Source: an uncultured Spirochaetaceae bacterium (lineage in GTDB: Bacteria > Spirochaetota > Spirochaetia > SZUA-6 > DRHE01). From it: DNA of 34,829 nt. The notes under the pieces were generated by a model. That model worked only from the letters and a program-made list of their open reading frames with translations, was not told the origin of the DNA and ran no database searches. The stretch is from positions 1 to 34,829 of the forward strand of contig CAZKCQ010000004.1 of the NCBI GenBank assembly GCA_964551205.1, written 5' to 3'. This document shows, piece by piece, positions 30,520 to 34,829 of this stretch. The translations under genes were made by a program, and so were the position numbers. Numbering within the stretch: the stretch's first letter is position 1; the number at the start of each line of letters is the position of its first letter.

Positions 30520-31575
30520 ATGGCTGCTACCAAGAAGAAACAACAAACGAAAATTACGATCAGGCAAGTGGCTGCAGCGGCTAAAGTCTCACTGTCAACG
30601 GTTTCAAGAGCCTTGCGCAATGATCCAAAAGCCAACAAGGAGACCCGGGAACGCATCCTGAAGATCGCCGAGGAGTTGAATTACTATCCAGATTCTCTGG
30701 CAAAGGCACTGCGCCAGAATAAAACCAATACCATAGGAATCATATTCAACGATCTCAACAATCCCTTCTACTCGGAGATCCTGAGTGTAATCGGGGAGAG
30801 ACTCAATAGAACAAACTATTCAATGTTGATCAGCTACTCCCATTACGATATAGCCCAAGAACGCGCCAACATCATCTCGATGCTGTCTAAGAGAGTCGAT
30901 GGGATCCTCATATCTCCGATCGACGATGAAAGCGAAAATATCAAGCTGCTGAATAGGAGCAAGGTCGAGTATGTGCTCATAGACTGCTACCCTTATTATA
31001 ACAATATCGGATACGTATTCTCGGAACACGGAAAAGGCGCAACTCTGGCTACCGACTATCTCATCAGCCGCGGTCACGAAAGAATCCTGCTTATGACGGG
31101 ACCGCCGGGGCGTTGCATGGTCGGTCATTTCATCAACGGGTACACATCAGCACTGAAAAAGCACAATATTAAAGTGAACAAAGACCTGATCGTACATGCC
31201 GAAGATCTCTCGATCGAAAGCGGCTATCGCACCTTTAAAGACATCCTCACCGGGGAGGGCGAGATCAATGGTCACCTGGACTTCACCGCGGTGGTGACCA
31301 TCAGTGACTTGCTGGCGATCGGTATCTACAAGGTTGCCAACGAGCTGGGATTTCGCATTCCCGATGACTATAGTATCATCGGTTACGACAACATCGAATT
31401 AACCAGTGTGCTGACCCCTCCGTTGACAACGATCCACCAGCCGAGAAAACGAATAGGCATAGAAAGTCTGGCCATGCTTATCCACAACATCGAACATGAC
31501 GACAAAGAGCGAAAAAAGCTGGCTTTCCCACCATACCTGGTAAAACGGGGATCGGTGCGAGCGATCAATCTTTGA
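30520..31575 (+). CDS. LacI/GalR-family transcriptional regulator
   Basis: 351 aa. N-terminal HTH ITIRQVAAAAKVSLSTVSRALRN, followed by a periplasmic-binding-protein-like effector domain (..IGIIFNDLNNPFYSEIL.., ..SIIGYDNIE..). Confidence 0.9.
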   Translation: MAATKKKQQTKITIRQVAAAAKVSLSTVSRALRNDPKANKETRERILKIAEELNYYPDSLAKALRQNKTNTIGIIFNDLNNPFYSEILSVIGERLNRTNYSMLISYSHYDIAQERANIISMLSKRVDGILISPIDDESENIKLLNRSKVEYVLIDCYPYYNNIGYVFSEHGKGATLATDYLISRGHERILLMTGPPGRCMVGHFINGYTSALKKHNIKVNKDLIVHAEDLSIESGYRTFKDILTGEGEINGHLDFTAVVTISDLLAIGIYKVANELGFRIPDDYSIIGYDNIELTSVLTPPLTTIHQPRKRIGIESLAMLIHNIEHDDKERKKLAFPPYLVKRGSVRAINL

Positions 31576-31608
31576 CAAGAGCGCTGCAGGGCCGACGCAG
31601 TGTTTCCT

Positions 31609-32619
31609 CTACCAATCGGTCCCATTTGGATGCACGAAGGCCTTCACATCCTCACCGGCGCGCAAATTGGCAAAAGCTCTTTCCCACTCCTCCAGTTTAT
31701 ACCGATTGGTCAACAACGAGTTCAGATCCAGCTTCCCCATTGAAATAATCGATACGGCTCTCTCCCAGCTTTCCGCACCATTCCAACTCCAGCCGCCGAA
31801 TATGGACAGCTGATACAGGGAAATGGCATCGGCGCTTATCCTGATGTCCTTGCCCCATAGGCTTGCCGAAGTAATGACTCCTTTTCCTCCCTCCCCCTCG
31901 GGGGCTCTCCTAGCGCAATCGATGGCGTGCTGGAATCCGCGTTCTGATGCGGAGCATTCAAGGACAAAGTCAGCGCCGCGACCGCTGTTCAGGTCTCTGA
32001 CCGCTTGCTCCGGACTCTCTTCGGAGAAGAGGATGAAATCTGCACCTACCCTCTTACCGATGTCGAGACGTTTCTTGTCTTTTTTCAAGCCGATCAGGGC
32101 GACCGATTTTGCCCCACGAAGCTTGGCAAACTGAACCCCCATGAGCCCCATAGGACCCGGACCAACGATAACCACGAAATCACCGGCGCGAACATTATTG
32201 CGCTCCTGCATGCAGTGGATGATTCCCACAAGCTGTTCAGTAAAGCAGGCATGATCGAGGGAAACGGCTTGCGGATATATTTGGACCTGAGCTTCAGGGA
32301 TTGCCATATAGGCTGCGTACGCTCCGTCACGGGTAACACCAAGCCAACCTTCTTTTGTTTCGATATCCGAAACGATCTTATCGCCCTTTTGTACCTTGCT
32401 CACTTTCGTTCCGATTTCTTCCACCACTCCGGAGTACTCATGCCCAAGAGTGACCGGAGCCTGATAAAAATGCTTGTCCTCCTGTATGAGCAGGTCGCTG
32501 CCGCAGATTCCGGCAGCCCACACTTTCATCAGCACTTCATCTTCCTTTATTTTCGGAATATCCACATCGACGAGCTGTACATTGCCGACCCCGGATTTGA
32601 TCTTTCTCAATGCTATCAT
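31609..32619 (-). CDS. Zn-dependent medium-chain dehydrogenase (threonine/sorbitol/butanediol dehydrogenase-like)
   Basis: Trimmed to ATG 32619, which has AAGGAGAG 5 nt upstream (336 aa). GICGSDL, GHEYSGVVEEIG and the NAD fold VVIVGPGPMGLMG. Confidence 0.85.
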   Translation of the reverse strand: MIALRKIKSGVGNVQLVDVDIPKIKEDEVLMKVWAAGICGSDLLIQEDKHFYQAPVTLGHEYSGVVEEIGTKVSKVQKGDKIVSDIETKEGWLGVTRDGAYAAYMAIPEAQVQIYPQAVSLDHACFTEQLVGIIHCMQERNNVRAGDFVVIVGPGPMGLMGVQFAKLRGAKSVALIGLKKDKKRLDIGKRVGADFILFSEESPEQAVRDLNSGRGADFVLECSASERGFQHAIDCARRAPEGEGGKGVITSASLWGKDIRISADAISLYQLSIFGGWSWNGAESWERAVSIISMGKLDLNSLLTNRYKLEEWERAFANLRAGEDVKAFVHPNGTDW

Positions 32620-32662
32620 TCTTCTCTCCTTCTGCAAAAAATCTAGCGACTATCTTGTCCGG

Positions 32663-33532
32663 CTATTCCCCTTTGAGAGCACCGGCGGTCAACCCGTTCA
32701 CGAAGAATCGTTGCCCGATGAGGTAGATCACGATCATCGGTACCATGGAGGCGAAGATACCCGCAAGGATGACAGGCTGGTCGATCCTGAATCTTCCCTG
32801 GAAGCGAATGAGTCCCACCACAAGCGTTGTCAGCTCCTCCCTCTGCAGAAAGATGAGGGCGATTAACAACTCGTTCCAGACCCAAAGCATACTCACGACA
32901 GTCAGGGTGATCAGCGCAGATCTGCTCAAAGGCAACACGATTTTGAAGAAAGTACCGAAGTCCGAGCAGCCATCGATCTTGGCAGAGTCCATGATCGACT
33001 CCGGTATCGTCACGAAGAAGTTCCGTAGAAGATAAACCGCGAAAGGCAGCATGAGACCGGTGTAGATAATGGCGGCGCTCCAGTAGGTATTGACAAGTCC
33101 GGCTCTGGAGGCGAGCACGAACAAGGGGATGATCATCACGATTGGAGGGATGATCATGAGGGCTATGACGAGGTTGAAGATCTTTTCCTTGCCGGGAAAG
33201 CTGAACTTGCTGAAGCCGAACGCCCCCAGTGCGCCCACGGAGACTGACACCGCTACCGATGAGATCGTCACGATCGCGGAGTTCATGAACCACTTTAATA
33301 GCTGGCCATCTTCCATGAGTTTTTTGTAGTTGTCCAGAACAAACGGATGGGGCAGACCAATTTGATTCCGGACATAGTCCATCTTCGTTTTGAATGACGC
33401 CATTAAGATGTAGACGATCGGTCCGAGAACTACCGCGGCAGCGACGATGAACAGGATCTGCCTGGCGATCATTAAGGGTACTTTGCGTATGGTATTTCTA
33501 TTCCTTGTTGTCCGAGTTTCCGGTTTGTCCAT
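32663..33532 (-). CDS. ABC transporter permease, CUT1 MalG-like (importer 4)
   Basis: 289 aa. IMDSAKIDGCSDFGTFFKIVLPLSRS and WNELLIALIFLQREELTTLVVGL. Confidence 0.9.
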   Translation of the reverse strand: MDKPETRTTRNRNTIRKVPLMIARQILFIVAAAVVLGPIVYILMASFKTKMDYVRNQIGLPHPFVLDNYKKLMEDGQLLKWFMNSAIVTISSVAVSVSVGALGAFGFSKFSFPGKEKIFNLVIALMIIPPIVMIIPLFVLASRAGLVNTYWSAAIIYTGLMLPFAVYLLRNFFVTIPESIMDSAKIDGCSDFGTFFKIVLPLSRSALITLTVVSMLWVWNELLIALIFLQREELTTLVVGLIRFQGRFRIDQPVILAGIFASMVPMIVIYLIGQRFFVNGLTAGALKGE

Positions 33533-33537
33533 GATTG

Positions 33538-34422
33538 TTATTCATATTCTTTGTAGAGTCTCGTCCTGAACCGCAGCGAGCCAAAGGCCAACACGGCCGT
33601 GACGGCAAAGATCACTATGGACACTGCAGCTGCAACGCCCATCCTGTTCATCTTGAAGGCCTGGATGAAGATGTACAGCTCGGTGACATAGGTGCTCCGC
33701 GCCGGACCACCCAGTGTCATCACGTAGACATAGTTGAACACCCAGCTCAGCATCGTGACGATCATGAGGAATACATAGAACTCGATCACCGTCGCAAGCT
33801 GGGGAATCACGATGTGAAACAGCCGCTGAAACCAGTTGGTCCCGTCGATCTTGGCTGCATCGAACAGCTCTTCCGGTACGGTGGTCAATCTGGCCAGGAA
33901 TAGCATGGTGCCGAACCCGAATTCTCTCCAGACGATCACAAACATTATTGCCGGAAGAGCAAACTGGGTCGAACCGAGCCAGTCAACAACCAGCGCGTCC
34001 AGATGAATCATCTTGAGGAAGCTGTTTAGCATTCCCCTACCTTGAAAGAACAACGAGTAAAACAATCCTACTGCGGTAATCGAGGTGATATATGGAAGCA
34101 GCATGGTACCCCGGTAGAACTTCCAGCCTCGAACTTGCTCGAACAGAGCGCCGGAAAGCACCAGTGACAGAAATACGAGGACCGGTACGATCGTGAAGAT
34201 CAGGATGAAGTTGTTCCGAATCGAGATTAGGAAGATTGGATCCCTCAACATCAGGCCGTAGTTGCGAAGCCCGGTAAAAGGCCTTGCCGCGTCGGACAGA
34301 TCTCGCAAACTGTAGTTGATATTCTGGATCAGCGGAAATGCGTACACAATTATGATGATCAACAGTAAAGGACCGACAAACAGGAGAGCTTTTAGATTAT
34401 CGTTCCTTTTCCGGCCTCTCAT
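33538..34422 (-). CDS. ABC transporter permease, CUT1 MalF-like (importer 4)
   Basis: 294 aa. LFDAAKIDGTNWFQRLFHIVIPQL. Confidence 0.9.
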   Translation of the reverse strand: MRGRKRNDNLKALLFVGPLLLIIIIVYAFPLIQNINYSLRDLSDAARPFTGLRNYGLMLRDPIFLISIRNNFILIFTIVPVLVFLSLVLSGALFEQVRGWKFYRGTMLLPYITSITAVGLFYSLFFQGRGMLNSFLKMIHLDALVVDWLGSTQFALPAIMFVIVWREFGFGTMLFLARLTTVPEELFDAAKIDGTNWFQRLFHIVIPQLATVIEFYVFLMIVTMLSWVFNYVYVMTLGGPARSTYVTELYIFIQAFKMNRMGVAAAVSIVIFAVTAVLAFGSLRFRTRLYKEYE

Positions 34423-34444
34423 TCTAACCTTTCGCCTTTAGAAA

Positions 34445-34474
34445 GCGGTGCCGGTAGGAGACTACCGGCACCGC
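34445..34474 (-). promoter_or_regulatory. 13-bp stem-loop between SBP4 and its permease gene (attenuator or mRNA-stabiliser candidate)
   Basis: GCGGTGCCGGTAG (34445..34457) pairs perfectly with CTACCGGCACCGC (34462..34474) around a GAGA loop. On the mRNA it is followed by UUUCU. Confidence 0.5.
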
Positions 34475-34498
34475 GTCAACATTGCGGACGGCGATCGC

Positions 34499-34829
34499 CT
34501 ACTTCATGAAGGGCATATCCTCAGTAGCCCAAATCCTGACATTTTTCAACTGCTCCGGGTTCTCATCTCGCCATTTCTCTGCAGCCTGTTCGTATTCACT
34601 GGCCGCTTCGGCGGCACCGATATTGCCTGCCAGAAGCTTCTGGGTGATCGCGTAGCTTGCCTCTTCGATGGCGCCGGGATGCAGCCAGGGATAGGTCATC
34701 CCGGGCTTTTGCTGCGCAAGATCGTACAGAGCCCTGTCCAGGTCCGTCTTCATGGAACCCCGCTCCAGCTGATCGGAGCCGGAGAACACGCTGATCTCCG
34801 TGTACATCAGGTTCTGGATCTCCTTGCTG
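34499..34829 (-). CDS. ABC transporter substrate-binding protein, C-terminal fragment (importer 4); gene continues past the right edge
   Basis: The frame is open to the window end (..SKEIQNLMYTEISV..). The C-terminus AAEAASEYEQAAEKWRDENPEQ parallels AAEAAQRYEDAAVKWRREFPE of SBP1. The Met at 34807 is internal. Confidence 0.8.
   Translation of the reverse strand, partial: SKEIQNLMYTEISVFSGSDQLERGSMKTDLDRALYDLAQQKPGMTYPWLHPGAIEEASYAITQKLLAGNIGAAEAASEYEQAAEKWRDENPEQLKNVRIWATEDMPFMK

Noticed and set aside
31576-31608. Bidirectional terminator between the convergent regulator and ADH genes
   Set aside because: Only a 4-5 bp CTGC/GCAG pairing is available and no T or A tracts are present. That is too weak to call.
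1-34829. CRISPR arrays, tRNA/rRNA genes, intact insertion sequences, prophage or known defence-system genes
   Set aside because: No regularly spaced direct repeats, no cloverleaf-like or rRNA-like segments, and no second IS end were seen. All long ORFs are accounted for by transport or metabolic families, apart from the TPR/protease pair discussed in the findings.

Overview
This 34.8-kb window is transcribed almost entirely on the minus strand. Only a LacI-family regulator and one doubtful small ORF lie on the plus strand.

**Left edge to about 5.2 kb**
- The 5' end of a type-IIIA (H+-ATPase-like) P-type pump runs off the left edge and is absent from the ORF track.
- A low-GC boundary zone follows, with a 5'-truncated rve/ISNCY-like transposase relic.
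- Next is a three-gene unit: a secreted TPR-like protein, an SDH/ClpP-fold serine protease and a DMT-type membrane protein.

**About 5.3 kb to the right edge: one long uptake/catabolic island**
- There are four CUT1-type ABC importers, each an SBP plus two permeases, with no ATPase gene anywhere. Three of them are clear tandem paralogues.
- Interleaved with the importers are:
  - two non-pyrrolysine MttB-family methyltransferases and a corrinoid (B12-binding) protein;
  - two paralogous PBS-lyase-type HEAT-repeat proteins;
  - a DUF1638-like protein;
  - a NifX/NifB-C-like domain fused to an unrecognised C-terminal domain;
  - an E1alpha/E1beta/E2 2-oxoacid (acetoin-type) dehydrogenase set without E3;
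  - two divergent M24-fold (creatinase/prolidase-like) proteins;
  - a Gfo/Idh/MocA oxidoreductase and a Zn-dependent MDR dehydrogenase.

**Regulatory signals**
- Six copies of a 14-bp LacI-type palindrome (TGnnAACGTTnnCA) are present. They lie on or next to three TTGACA-type promoters and in front of the lacI-like gene itself.
- All four SBP/permease junctions carry GC-rich stem-loops.

**Not seen:** no rRNA, tRNA or CRISPR array, and no complete mobile element.

**Most interesting candidate:** the combination of MttB and corrinoid protein with sugar-type importers, HEAT-repeat proteins, DUF1638 and the NifX-like fusion looks like an undescribed corrinoid-dependent demethylation/catabolic system.

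All family calls come from reading motifs by eye. No searches were run.
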